Assembly (NCBI GenBank): GCA_965237905.1
Contig: OZ250172.1
Coordinates: 1,248,001 to 1,312,000, forward strand
Direction: 5' to 3'
Length of the DNA stretch: 64,000 nucleotides
DNA from: Nitrospinaceae bacterium
Lineage (GTDB): Bacteria; Nitrospinota; Nitrospinia; Nitrospinales; Nitrospinaceae
Both the position numbers and the translations under genes were made by a program. Below, in pieces: positions 48,023 to 58,660 of the stretch. The notes beneath the pieces are model-generated. The model saw only the letters and a program-made list of their open reading frames with translations, was not told the DNA's origin and searched no databases. Numbering within the stretch: the stretch's first letter is position 1; every line of letters starts with the position of its first letter.

Positions 48023-51004
48023 ATGAAAAATCCCCGCCTGCCCGGCAAAATTATCCTCCCGACCGCCTTTTTTCTCATTCTGGCTGGATCGTTGGGCTTG
48101 TTATTCGACAATAAATTTCCCGGTATTGCTGTTGCCTCTGATGATCAATCCCAAGCGTCCTTTATTATCGAAACGGCCGCTAGCGAGAAGCAGGTGGTGG
48201 ATCTCTCCCAAACGTCGCCTGCCTGGAGGCAGAAGCTCAGCAAACATATTTTCATCAATATTGACCAGGAACTGCAATCGCTCGAACAACAATTCACCCT
48301 GCACAACAGCGCCAAAGGAAAACGGTTAATCAAGAGAGTAAGAGTTTCTCTTCAGAAAATGAAATCCGGAAAACAGAAATTTATGCGTACTGGCCGGGAA
48401 CCCTCCCTCGCTCTCTTTTACAACGGCCGCACGGTGCTGGAATACAATCTGTGGAAATTGAAGGGCCTGACTCGAAACTTAAAGATGGACCAGACTCAAT
48501 CGCGCGGCCTCTATCGGGTTTACGCGCTGATGAACAAATGGCTCGTCTATGTGGCCCACCGCGAAATCGACGCACGGCGACAAGGAAGCCTCGATGCCTC
48601 ACTCCGGGCAGAAACGAAGTCAACGCAGGGTATCGAAGAGTTCAATACCGCTTTCCCGCAAATATCAGAAATGGCTAAGATTACCGAACAGGATCTCAAA
48701 GAGGCCGGCGAAGCACTCTCCCAACCGCACTCCCCAGTGCAGAAGACCACACCCAACATCAATTCGGAAACCTTCGAACGGGAGACTCTCAAGTCACCGG
48801 AACCGGAGACCCGGCAAGACCCTCAACCGAATTTGGTGATGGAAGAAGGGAACACCGTCTCTCCACCCAGCTTCGAAGAGGGCGTTGACTCCCCCGAGGC
48901 GGCAACCATTTCAAACTGGATATTCGTACTGGTAATGGGGGTTGGAGTTCTCATAGTCTCGTTCCTGATATTCCGCAGAAAAAGAAAATCCACCGATCTA
49001 CGTACGTTTTATAGAGGTTATGCCAAAAATCATTTGGAACGCCACGATCAAAACACCACCGATTTCGTAGAGATTCATACCCTCATAGGATCTGGCTACA
49101 CAGAGGATACCGCGGCTGACAACGCAAGTGAGGTTCCAAACAATGGGGATTTCTCTCTGGAGAATTCAATCTTCCGCGAAGCACTTCCTCAAGCCCCGGA
49201 TCACATGACTCTCCAAAATGAACCTTCCTCCCTGAGCAGTGCAATGTCAGAAACCATGGAGTCTCCTACAGAAGAATGGTCCAAGAACAGTGAAATCGAA
49301 GCACCCATCACCGATGGTGAAACGCCCGAGGGTATTCCTTCACAGGTAACGGACAACGGATTTGAAGACCCCGCTCAGAAGGACATGACCTTCCAATTGG
49401 AAGAGCTCACCCAAAAACTGGAAAACACGCTTGCGGAAAACGACTCTCTAAAAGAAAAGCTGGAGACCTTCCACGAAATAAATGAAGGTTTGGAAAGCCA
49501 GGTAGAAGCCCTGCGCAATAAAAGAAAAAAGTACGCCCACGGATGGGTAAATCTTCTTAAGGAAAACCACTCCCTAGCGGAAGCACAGGAGATTTCTAAT
49601 AAAGAAACAGAGGAGCTCGACCAGGATCTGGAAAGCACACTCACCGAAAAAGAAGATCGCGCCCAAGGACTGGAAAACATCCTTGCGGAAAACGACTCTC
49701 TAACGGAAACGCTGGAGTCGACCAATTCGGAAAATGAAACATTAAAAGAACAACTGAAAACTCTCCGCGAAGAAAAAGAAGAACGGGGCAAACAAATGGA
49801 AACCCTACGCAATGAAAAAAAAGAGTACACCCAGAAATTAGAAACTCTCCGCGAGGAAAAAGAAGAGAGCACCCAAGGACTGGAAAGCATCCTTGCGGAA
49901 AATAACTCTCTGACGGAAATTCTGGAGTCGACCGCTTCGGAAAATGAAACATTAAAAGAACAACTGGAAACTCTCCACGAGGAAAAAGAGGAACGGGACA
50001 AACAAATGGAAACCCTCAGCACCAAAGAAGAGGAGCTCGCCCAGAAGCGGGAAAACATCCTTGCGGAGAATAATTCTCTAACGGAAAAATTGGAGACCCT
50101 CAATGAGGAAAAAGAGGGCCTGAAGAAACAATTGGAAACCCTTCACTCTAGAGAGGAAGAACTCGCCCGGCATCTGGAAAGCACGCTCGCAGAAAACAAC
50201 TCTCTAACAGAAAATATGGGGACCGCCCACACAAAAGAGGAAGACCGGGACAAACAATTGGAAACCCCCCACGCTGAAAAAGAAGAACGCGACCAGGAAT
50301 TGGAAAACACGCTTGCAGAAAACAACTCTCTAATGAAACAGCTGAAGACCTCTCACCAGGAAAATGAACGCCTGAAGAAACATTTGGAAACCCTCCACAC
50401 CGAAAAGGAACGCCTGGCGCAAAAACAAAATAACACTGATGCAAAATCTAAAACCATGAAGAAAACCCCTAAATCCACTCGGGGGAACAATAAAATACCG
50501 GCGAAGAAACTGAAAAGCACTCCCACAGAAAAAGAAGCCTTAACAAAACAATTTAAAGCCGCCCAGGAAAAAGCCAAAAGATTGGCGAAGGAACTGAAAA
50601 ACTCCTCCGCAGAAAGAGAAGCCTCAACGAAAAAACTTAAAGCTACTGAAGAAAAATCCAAAAGATTGACGAAGGAGCTGAAAAACACCTCCACAGAGAA
50701 AGAAACCTCAGCGAAAAAACTTAAAGCTACTGAGGAAAAAATCAAAAGATTGGCGAAGGAGCTGAAAAACACCTCCACAAAAAAAGAGACCTTAACGAAA
50801 AAACTTAAAGCCACCCAGGGAAAAAATAAAGGGTTGCCGAAGGAACCGAAAAGCACTTCTACAAAAAAAGAAGCCTTAACAAAAAAATTTAAAACCTCCC
50901 AAGGAAAAAACAAAGCGACTGCCAAACAATATAAAGCTTTGGCCAATCAATGGAAGCGACCCAAACCGAAAGCGATCAAACCACCGAATCAGAGTGCACT
51001 CTGA
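48023..51004 (+). CDS. Large membrane-anchored repetitive coiled-coil protein of unknown function
   Basis: N-terminal signal/TM, second TM followed by RRKRK, acidic LAENxSL repeats, then Lys-rich 28-aa repeats. Confidence 0.8.
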   Translation: MKNPRLPGKIILPTAFFLILAGSLGLLFDNKFPGIAVASDDQSQASFIIETAASEKQVVDLSQTSPAWRQKLSKHIFINIDQELQSLEQQFTLHNSAKGKRLIKRVRVSLQKMKSGKQKFMRTGREPSLALFYNGRTVLEYNLWKLKGLTRNLKMDQTQSRGLYRVYALMNKWLVYVAHREIDARRQGSLDASLRAETKSTQGIEEFNTAFPQISEMAKITEQDLKEAGEALSQPHSPVQKTTPNINSETFERETLKSPEPETRQDPQPNLVMEEGNTVSPPSFEEGVDSPEAATISNWIFVLVMGVGVLIVSFLIFRRKRKSTDLRTFYRGYAKNHLERHDQNTTDFVEIHTLIGSGYTEDTAADNASEVPNNGDFSLENSIFREALPQAPDHMTLQNEPSSLSSAMSETMESPTEEWSKNSEIEAPITDGETPEGIPSQVTDNGFEDPAQKDMTFQLEELTQKLENTLAENDSLKEKLETFHEINEGLESQVEALRNKRKKYAHGWVNLLKENHSLAEAQEISNKETEELDQDLESTLTEKEDRAQGLENILAENDSLTETLESTNSENETLKEQLKTLREEKEERGKQMETLRNEKKEYTQKLETLREEKEESTQGLESILAENNSLTEILESTASENETLKEQLETLHEEKEERDKQMETLSTKEEELAQKRENILAENNSLTEKLETLNEEKEGLKKQLETLHSREEELARHLESTLAENNSLTENMGTAHTKEEDRDKQLETPHAEKEERDQELENTLAENNSLMKQLKTSHQENERLKKHLETLHTEKERLAQKQNNTDAKSKTMKKTPKSTRGNNKIPAKKLKSTPTEKEALTKQFKAAQEKAKRLAKELKNSSAEREASTKKLKATEEKSKRLTKELKNTSTEKETSAKKLKATEEKIKRLAKELKNTSTKKETLTKKLKATQGKNKGLPKEPKSTSTKKEALTKKFKTSQGKNKATAKQYKALANQWKRPKPKAIKPPNQSAL
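49662..50016 (+). repeat. Intragenic direct repeat, 210-bp offset
   Basis: 49662-49806 and 49872-50016 are near-identical (CCCAAGGACTGGAAA...CAAATGGAAACCCT). Confidence 0.85.
50540..50910 (+). repeat. Intragenic 84-bp tandem repeats (28 aa, Lys-rich)
   Basis: CTTAAAGC recurs at 50636, 50720 and 50804. Confidence 0.8.
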
Positions 51005-51120
51005 CGCACAAACTTGAGACCCTATCTGTCGAAGCCAGGGACCCCAAGGAATCGGTGGTATTGTGCGAGGCAAAAGAATAATCAGTTTAAAGGAAGTTAT
51101 TGTCCCACTTGGCCGGAAAA

Positions 51121-52938
51121 TTACACCATGCCGACGGGGTTGTTGTAGACGGAGGGGCGTTGGTCGGGACGCATGTGGAGTTGAGTCAGCTCGTTGGTGC
51201 CAAAATGATCGATGTATAAAAAAATGTACTCACGCACGGCGGTTCTGAGGTCCCACTTACCATCGTGGTTCTGCTCGAATTCCGAAAACACTTCCATGGC
51301 ATCCTGAATGCTCAAACCTTCATCGACCGTAAAATAATAATCCAATGCCAGGTCCCATTCCGGATTCTTGTAGGCGGACACGCCGAATTTCTCCGGCTCC
51401 ATCGCCACCGGGCTGAACTTGCCCAACACGAAGGTCATGAACCCGAGCGAATGAATATTCTGGCGGTTGTCGTGCACAAACTGTTTGCTGTCGTTTGCTT
51501 CCTCCTCCGTCTCGCCGGGGAACCCGAAAAACCCCATAATGTGATTCCAGATGCCGTACTTCGCCGACATGGCCAGGTTGGTGCGGATGGCATCCAGATT
51601 CGTCGCCTTGTCCATCAGCTTGAGCACCCGGTCGTTGCCGGACTCGTACCCGAAATGCAGGTAACGGCAGCCGGATTTCGCCGCGTCGTCCCACACCTCG
51701 TCGTCGAGCAGGGATTCTTCGAAGCGCATGTGGGTGGTCCACGCGATATCGATTTTGTTGTCGACCAGCGAGCGTGACAGCTTGCGGAACAGCGCGGGAG
51801 GATATGACTCGTCGGTGAAATGAAAATGCCGGTTGCCGTACTTATCTTGTAAAAACTTGATCTCCTCGGTGATCTGTGCGATCTGCTTGGTGCGGTAGCC
51901 TTCGACATAACCCTGGAAATGATCGCAGAACGTGCACTTGCCCCAGTAACAACCGCGTGTGGCCAGGTACGGCAGGATCAGCTTCGGCACGAAATATTTT
52001 TCCAGCGGCAGGCCGTCGAAATCCGGCGGCGGCAGTTGATCCATGTTCTCGGCGAACACTTCCTTGTTCTGGTGGATGGCGCCGGACGCATCCTTGCGGA
52101 TGAGATTGGGAAGCGCTGACAAATCCGTCTCGCCCTTGCCCAATGCGTCGATCAACTGCAGGAAGGCGCTTTCGCCTTCGTACAACACCGCCGTGTCGAA
52201 CAGTTCGAATAATTCCTTACTTCCCTTAATGGCGTCGCGCAGGCGCGTCACGATGTTGCCGCCGATGGTGATGTGCGTGTCCGGAGACTGCTCTTTGATC
52301 ATCTTGCAGAAGGTGAAGGTGGGGATCAGTTGTTTCTGCTGGACGATGGAGATGCCCACCACATCCGGCTTTTCTTTTTCGATGAGGTCGGCAATCAGAA
52401 ATTTGTACACGTCCCGATAAACATTGATCTGGTCGTCGTCCAGCGCCTCCAGAATTTCCGTGGACATGAACGGTTTGTAGATCAGTTCCGTTTCGATGGG
52501 GGGAAAGCAGATTTGCGCCGGGTAATAACCGAATGAGACCACCGCCATGGTTTCGTGCAGGCATTGCGTGGCCCATTCCAGTTTGTCGATCTCGTAAAAA
52601 TCGTCATTTCGGAGAATGCGCTTGGCCTCGATCACGTCTTCGATCAGGCGGGCGAACCGCTCCTCGGTGAGCGACTCCAACTGCGCCTTGAGAGCGGCTT
52701 CCTCTTCGGTCAGCCCGTCGCGATCGGCCACCACCTGAAGGTGCCTCAGCTCGAAACCGATGCGGCCCTGGACGTGGCGCAGGAATTTCTCGCCAAACAT
52801 CAAGTCGTACATCTCGACGTTGATGTCCTTCTGGATCACCTCGTGCCCCGCGGGCCGGAGAACCGACGTCAACGCCGGCAGACTCAGATACGGCTCCGAC
52901 GGTAGCCAGTCGGGCGGAAATAACAGCAATATTTTCAT
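51121..52938 (-). CDS. Cobalamin-binding radical SAM protein
   Basis: FPP.W....PYLSL, IGGN, YEGE, TRGCYWGKCTFC, G.ESG, GFPGET. Confidence 0.9.
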   Translation of the reverse strand: MKILLLFPPDWLPSEPYLSLPALTSVLRPAGHEVIQKDINVEMYDLMFGEKFLRHVQGRIGFELRHLQVVADRDGLTEEEAALKAQLESLTEERFARLIEDVIEAKRILRNDDFYEIDKLEWATQCLHETMAVVSFGYYPAQICFPPIETELIYKPFMSTEILEALDDDQINVYRDVYKFLIADLIEKEKPDVVGISIVQQKQLIPTFTFCKMIKEQSPDTHITIGGNIVTRLRDAIKGSKELFELFDTAVLYEGESAFLQLIDALGKGETDLSALPNLIRKDASGAIHQNKEVFAENMDQLPPPDFDGLPLEKYFVPKLILPYLATRGCYWGKCTFCDHFQGYVEGYRTKQIAQITEEIKFLQDKYGNRHFHFTDESYPPALFRKLSRSLVDNKIDIAWTTHMRFEESLLDDEVWDDAAKSGCRYLHFGYESGNDRVLKLMDKATNLDAIRTNLAMSAKYGIWNHIMGFFGFPGETEEEANDSKQFVHDNRQNIHSLGFMTFVLGKFSPVAMEPEKFGVSAYKNPEWDLALDYYFTVDEGLSIQDAMEVFSEFEQNHDGKWDLRTAVREYIFLYIDHFGTNELTQLHMRPDQRPSVYNNPVGMV

Positions 52939-53086
52939 AGTGTTTCAATGAATCCGGGAAGAGCGGGATCGATCAGCCTGAGTACCCTCCTCACCCCGGA
53001 AGTTGCGTGTTTTCAAGTGGGATTATCATATCACTTTTGGAATTGTTCGCATAGAAATTACAGAAGCCCCAAATTCTCAAAACCCA

Positions 53087-53114
53087 TTGACATCACACCA
53101 AGGGTCCGTATAAT
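53087..53114 (+). promoter_or_regulatory. Consensus sigma70 promoter TTGACA-N16-TATAAT
   Basis: Perfect hexamers at 53087-53092 and 53109-53114, upstream of the NHL gene. Confidence 0.7.
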
Positions 53115-53317
53115 TCGGAAAATTCGATAAATTCAAGGGTTAGGACCTTTTTCCCCAGGTTGGGGAAATCCTTTTATAGTTCATTATTGAAACCGGAATT
53201 TGCGGTTGTCACAGGCCACCGAAAAAATGGTAAGCTGGCTCTTATCTCAGGACATTCAATCTTTTTGGTAACACTCTAATAAAGAATAAATTTATGCGCA
53301 TATATTCCATAACACCC

Positions 53318-55480
53318 ATGAAACTCAGAATTTCGATACTCCTATGCCTCCTGCTGGTCCCCGGGTGGGGATGGGCGGCCAAGGGCCCTATCAAAGCCAC
53401 TAAAATTTCCATATCGCTGGTGGACGGCATTGCGGTGTCCCCCAAGGGAGATATTTATATCGCCCGCCGCGCTCATAACGTGATCAGCCGCATCAACCAA
53501 AAGGGTATGCTGGTCAATGTGGTGGGCACCGGCGCTTCCGGGTATTCCGGCGACGGCGGTCCCGCGACGAAGGCGACAATGAACATTCCCGCCGGGCTGA
53601 CTTTTGACCGGCACGGCAACCTGTATATCGCCGACCGGGCTAATCATCGTGTGCGCAAAGTCGACACGAAAGGAATCATCACCACCGTCGCGGGCAACGG
53701 CACCGCAGGATTCAGCGGTGACAGAGGACCTGCAACGCAGGCCAGCCTCAACCTGCCTTCCGGCGTGGCAGTCGACAACAACGGCAACCTGTACATTTCC
53801 GACCGCTCTAACAACCGGGTGCGCAAGGTGAGCAGTAAGGGCATCATCCAAACCTTTGCCGGCAACGGAAGCGACGGGTACCACGGCGACAACATGCCGG
53901 CTTTGCAGGCGACTCTCGATAAACCGTTCGGCCTCGCGCTCGACAAGGATAACAACTTGTACATCGCCGACCGCGGCAACAACCGGATCCGCAAAATCGA
54001 TTCCTCCGGCCTGATCAGCACCGTGGCGGGCGACGGTGGATTTTATTACATCGGCGACAACGGTCCCGCCTACCGGGCCAGTATTGCCGGTCCTACGGGT
54101 GTGACCGTGGACCGCAAGGGCAACATCTACATTGCCGACCGAGGCAACAATCGCATCCGAATGGTCGACACGCTGGGAATGATCCGCACCATCATGGGCA
54201 CGGGCCAGCAGGATTACAACGGCGACTCGGAACTGGCGCGGGAAACCAACCTGCACCTGCCGTTCGGTGTGGCACTCGATAAAAAAGGCGACCTGCTGGT
54301 CATCGACCGCTCGCATTACCGGATTCGCAAGCTGATCATGAAAGGCAGCCGTGTCACCACCCTGGCGGGTAACGGCGTCAAGCAGTTCGGCGGAGACGGC
54401 GGTCCCTCGCAAGGCGCTCATCTGGAATTTCCGCACGGCATTGACGTAGACAGCAAGGACAACGTGATCTTCGCTGACAAGGCTCATTACCGTATCCGAA
54501 AAATCACTCCCAAAGGCATCATCTCTACTATCGTCGGCACCGGGGTGCGTGGCAATATCGGCGATGGCAAGCCGGCGCTCAAGGCATCGGTCTTCCCCAC
54601 ACGCATGCGGTTGAACCACAAAAACGAAATCTTTTTCATCAGCCCCAGCGGATTCGTCAGTCTGGTCCGCAAAGTGAACACCAAAGGCATCATCAATGAA
54701 TACATCACCACCGGCGATGCGAATTACCAGAAAGCCGTACTGGCTTCCGGGTCGGGCGCCTCTACTAGATCCGAGATTACGGTGATCTCACAGTTTTCCG
54801 ATCTGGCACTGGACAAAAAGGGAAACCTCTACCTGGCAGACCGGATCAATCACCAGATTCGCAAGCTGGCGCCCAACGGCAAAATCAAGACCATCGCCGG
54901 AACAGGAGATTCGAGTTATTTCGGCGACGGCGGTCCAGCCACTCAAGCGGCGTTTCGTGATCCGGCGGCCATCACTCTGGATAAAGCGGGCAACCTGTAT
55001 GTCGCCGACGCCGCCAATAACATGGTTCGGAGAATCAACACCAAGGGCATCATCTCCACCATCGCCGGCAACGGCAAGCACAAAGACAGCGGCGACGGCG
55101 GTCCGGCCCTGAAGGCCAGTTTGCGTTCCATCGATTCCCTGGCGTTCAACCCGGCAGGCGAACTGCATATCGTCGAAACCAACACCCACCATATCCGGAA
55201 GATCAAAAAGGACGGCACCATTGTCACCGTTGCAGGCCGGCCCGGGATTCAGGGAAATTTTGGAGACGGCGGACCCGCCACCAAAGCCATGCTCAAGCAA
55301 CCGGCGGATATCGCGTTCGACTCCAAGGGCAACATGTACATTACCGACATGGGAAACAACAGTATCCGGAAAGTCGATACCCAGGGAATTATCACCACCT
55401 TAGCGGGCGCAGGAATCTACAGTGCGGGTTGGAATCCTGAAGGCGAATATATGGAAATTATTGACGGAATTTTCCCCTAA
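53318..55480 (+). CDS. Secreted NHL-repeat (teneurin-like) beta-propeller protein
   Basis: Signal peptide; 12 repeats of P.G...D..GN.YIAD..N.RIRK with GDGGPA linkers. Start 53294 or 53318. Confidence 0.9.
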   Translation: MKLRISILLCLLLVPGWGWAAKGPIKATKISISLVDGIAVSPKGDIYIARRAHNVISRINQKGMLVNVVGTGASGYSGDGGPATKATMNIPAGLTFDRHGNLYIADRANHRVRKVDTKGIITTVAGNGTAGFSGDRGPATQASLNLPSGVAVDNNGNLYISDRSNNRVRKVSSKGIIQTFAGNGSDGYHGDNMPALQATLDKPFGLALDKDNNLYIADRGNNRIRKIDSSGLISTVAGDGGFYYIGDNGPAYRASIAGPTGVTVDRKGNIYIADRGNNRIRMVDTLGMIRTIMGTGQQDYNGDSELARETNLHLPFGVALDKKGDLLVIDRSHYRIRKLIMKGSRVTTLAGNGVKQFGGDGGPSQGAHLEFPHGIDVDSKDNVIFADKAHYRIRKITPKGIISTIVGTGVRGNIGDGKPALKASVFPTRMRLNHKNEIFFISPSGFVSLVRKVNTKGIINEYITTGDANYQKAVLASGSGASTRSEITVISQFSDLALDKKGNLYLADRINHQIRKLAPNGKIKTIAGTGDSSYFGDGGPATQAAFRDPAAITLDKAGNLYVADAANNMVRRINTKGIISTIAGNGKHKDSGDGGPALKASLRSIDSLAFNPAGELHIVETNTHHIRKIKKDGTIVTVAGRPGIQGNFGDGGPATKAMLKQPADIAFDSKGNMYITDMGNNSIRKVDTQGIITTLAGAGIYSAGWNPEGEYMEIIDGIFP

Positions 55481-55545
55481 AGGACCCGGTACGTTAAACT
55501 TAAAAAGCACCTGAATGATATCTTTTGAATGAATGGAGAAGTTTC

Positions 55546-56055
55546 ATGTTGAACATATCTAGAATCCTGACCGTCCCGGTACTGTTGATGAGTTTGGCGC
55601 TGGCGCCGAATCCGTCCCTGGCAGGCGAAACGGATGCACTGACCGATCTTTTGAAGCAGGTGGACAAGCAAGTATGCCAATCTCCAAAAAAACTGATGAA
55701 TTATTACACGAAAGACACGGTGATTATCTCCGATGACAAACGCTTGCTTCCCGAACATCGCATCAAGGATTATGAAGTGATGATCGCCGAACTGCAGGGG
55801 ATGAAATGCAACAGCAAGCGCACCGTTCTCGCGGGCCATGTCGATAAAAACTTTGCATACCTGCTGGTGGATGAATTAATCAGCGTATCTTCTCTCCACA
55901 GCACGGACGAGCGACAACACAGCGTTTGCACCTACGTGTTTACCAGGAACGGCGGTCAGTGGAAAATCAAACAGGAGCATTGCTCCAGCTTGCCGGATTA
56001 CAGTATTGTGCCGGGGGACGACGCGTTGTATTATTTTCACAACCCGGTCTATTGA
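55546..56055 (+). CDS. Exported NTF2/SnoaL-like protein
   Basis: Signal peptide; C-terminal TYVF.R.GGQWKI.QEH.S motif. Confidence 0.7.
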   Translation: MLNISRILTVPVLLMSLALAPNPSLAGETDALTDLLKQVDKQVCQSPKKLMNYYTKDTVIISDDKRLLPEHRIKDYEVMIAELQGMKCNSKRTVLAGHVDKNFAYLLVDELISVSSLHSTDERQHSVCTYVFTRNGGQWKIKQEHCSSLPDYSIVPGDDALYYFHNPVY

Positions 56056-56126
56056 TGGAGCGGGCATGGGGCTATTCCCAGCCCCTATAAAACGTGTCCA
56101 CCTTCATCCCCTGTTTCGGGGCTACG

Positions 56127-58170
56127 ATGCCGCAACCTCCTCCAGTCCCCTACCCGATTGGCCCCGTGCTCACCAATACGGGCGTTCATTTTACGTTGTA
56201 TTCCAAACACGCCACTGCGGTGGACCTCTGCCTGTTCGAAACCGCTTCCTCCGAAACAGAATCGCAACGCATTGCCCTGGAGAAAGGCGCCGATTCTTTC
56301 TGGCGCATTCATGTCCCCAACCTGAAAGCCGGCTGCCTTTACGGTTACCGGGTACACGGATCGTATCGTCCTGCCGAAGGACACCGTTTCAACCCTTCCA
56401 AGTTTACTGCTCGATCCTTACGCCAAAGCATTGGGACGAACCCTGCAATGGAACCATGCATTGTCGTCTGTCCCGCCGTCAACTGAGGACCAAGGCGATC
56501 AACCGCCCAATACGCAGGACAGCGCCTCATACGCGCCCCTCGCAAAAGTAATCGATACCTCGTTCGATTGGGGGAAGGATCGTCCACCGGGAATTCCCTG
56601 GGAAGAAACCGTACTCTATGAAACGCATGTCAAAGGGATGACACAACAACACCCCGGCATCCCTGAAGAGTTGCGCGGCACTTATGCCGGCCTCGCTTCG
56701 GAACCCGTGCTGGAACACCTGAACCATCTGGGGATCACCGCGATCGAACTCCTGCCCGTTAATCAGATTGCGGATGAATATCATCTACACAAAAATGGAT
56801 TGACCAATTACTGGGGGTACAATCCTCTCCTGTTGTTCGCACCGGATGGTCGACTCGCCCGCCAGAGAGACCCCGACCCGATCACGGAATTCAAAAACAT
56901 GGTGCGGGCGTTTCATCAAGCGGGTATTGAGGTGATTCTCGACATGGTGTTCAATCACACCGCCGAAGGCGACGTGCATGGTCCGACCGTTTCGTTTCGC
57001 GGCATCGACAACGCGGTGTACTACCGGGCGGACCCGGACCATCCGGAGCGCTACACCAACTTCACCGGATGCGGCAACACATTCAACCTTCACCATCCGC
57101 AGGTCCGGCAGTTGGTTCTGGATGTCCTTCGGTATTGGATCGATGAGATGCACGTGGACGGTTTTCGGTTGGACTTGGCGGTCACCGTGGGACGTGGCCG
57201 GAAATCGTTTGAACCGGAAGGGAATTTTTTCAAGTCGATTCAGGAGGACTCGATATTGTCCCAAGTGAAATGGATCGCCGAGCCCTGGGACCTGGGACCG
57301 AAAGGTTATCAACTGTCCAACTTTCCCAACGGGTGGTCGGAATGGAATGACCAGTACCGGCAGACCGTCCGCAAATTCTGGCGGGGAGATTCCAACCAAG
57401 CCCAATCATTGACAAAACGGGTCTCGGGAAGCCACGACCTGTTTCGTTCCAAGGGCAGGCCACCACACTCATCCATCAATTACATCGCCAGTCATGACGG
57501 GTTCACGCTGGAAGATGGGGTCACTTACAAAAAGAAGCACAATAAGGCGAATGGTGAAAATAATCGTGACGGCCATAACGGCAACGACAGTTGCAATTAT
57601 GGAGTGGAGGGTCCGTCAGACGATCCGGCCCTGAATGCGCTCCGTCAGCGACAGAAAAGAAATTTGCTGGCGACGCTTCTGCTGTCAGCAGGTACGCCGA
57701 TGATTTCCGGTGGTGACGAAATCGGCCGCACCCAACAGGGTAACAACAACGCCTATTGCCAGGATAACCCGATCAGTTGGTACGATTGGAATCTGAATGC
57801 AGATCAAAAAAGTTTTCTAAAATTCACCCAGCTCATCATTCAACTGAGAAAACGACATGCATTAACACAGGCCTCCTGGCAATGGTTTCAAGCGGATGGA
57901 CAAACGATAGATCCCTATGCACAGGAATCCATCGGCGTTCAGTGCCTGGGATGTTTTTCCCCTGAGAACGAGAAAGCCGCCCTTTTAATTCTGTTGAACA
58001 GCGGTGACCAGACCTGCGATTTCACATTACCCGGCGACTCCCGAAACTGGAAAGTGTTACTGGACACATCGGCCCCTGAGAAAACGGATGCCCCCGCCTC
58101 CAGAAAATCGTTGAAAACCCCCAATATAGCTCCCCGCTCCCTGAAAGTTTTAACCGCTACGGAGATGTAA
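56127..58170 (+). pseudogene. glgX: Glycogen debranching enzyme split by a 1-nt insertion (pseudogene or sequencing error)
   Basis: The CBM48 part ends at FNPSK. Removing one T at 56403-56405 restores LLLDPYAKAL in the frame of the GH13 ORF (YETHVKG, NYWGY, DGFRLD, AEPWD, HDGFTL). Confidence 0.88.
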
Positions 58171-58273
58171 ACGGACCCATCAAAACAGGATTGCAACCCC
58201 GCGCTGCAAGGCTTATCCTGTTTACATCTAATAATGAAGACTCAATCATGTTACAATTCAGTTAGTTAAGTCT

Positions 58274-58594
58274 ATGAAACATCAGGATTCACAGTCGGAA
58301 AAAATTCGGATTCACATTGACCCGGATTTGCAGGATCTGATTCCCGATTACCTGGAAAACAGGGGAAAAGACCTGCTTGTTTATCAACAAGCTTTGGAAA
58401 AGGACGACTTCGATTCAATTGCTGTCCTGGGTCATTCCATGAAGGGATCCGGGGGGGGATATGGATTCAACGATCTAAGCAGTATCGGCCGGGCTATTGA
58501 AAAAGCCGCCAAAAACAGGGATAAGGAATCCGTCCGCAAATCCATCACCGTTCTTACGGATTTTCTGAAAAAGCTGGAAGTCGTTTACGATTGA
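58274..58594 (+). CDS. Stand-alone Hpt phosphotransfer protein
   Basis: GHSMKGSGGGYG motif in a helical 106-aa protein. Confidence 0.9.
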   Translation: MKHQDSQSEKIRIHIDPDLQDLIPDYLENRGKDLLVYQQALEKDDFDSIAVLGHSMKGSGGGYGFNDLSSIGRAIEKAAKNRDKESVRKSITVLTDFLKKLEVVYD

Positions 58595-58660
58595 TCCCCG
58601 GCCCTGTCCCCAAAACCGTTCATTCACTTTAATAAAACCGCGCTTCACTTAAAGTCTTTG

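Noticed and set aside
49375..50946. Long antisense ORFs and a possible CRISPR-like repeat array
   Set aside because: These are shadows of the repetitive coiled-coil gene; the repeats are in-frame coding units with no unique spacers and no cas genes.
53342..55300. 425-aa and other antisense ORFs over the NHL gene
   Set aside because: Typical antisense shadows of a GC-rich repetitive gene, with no recognisable motifs.
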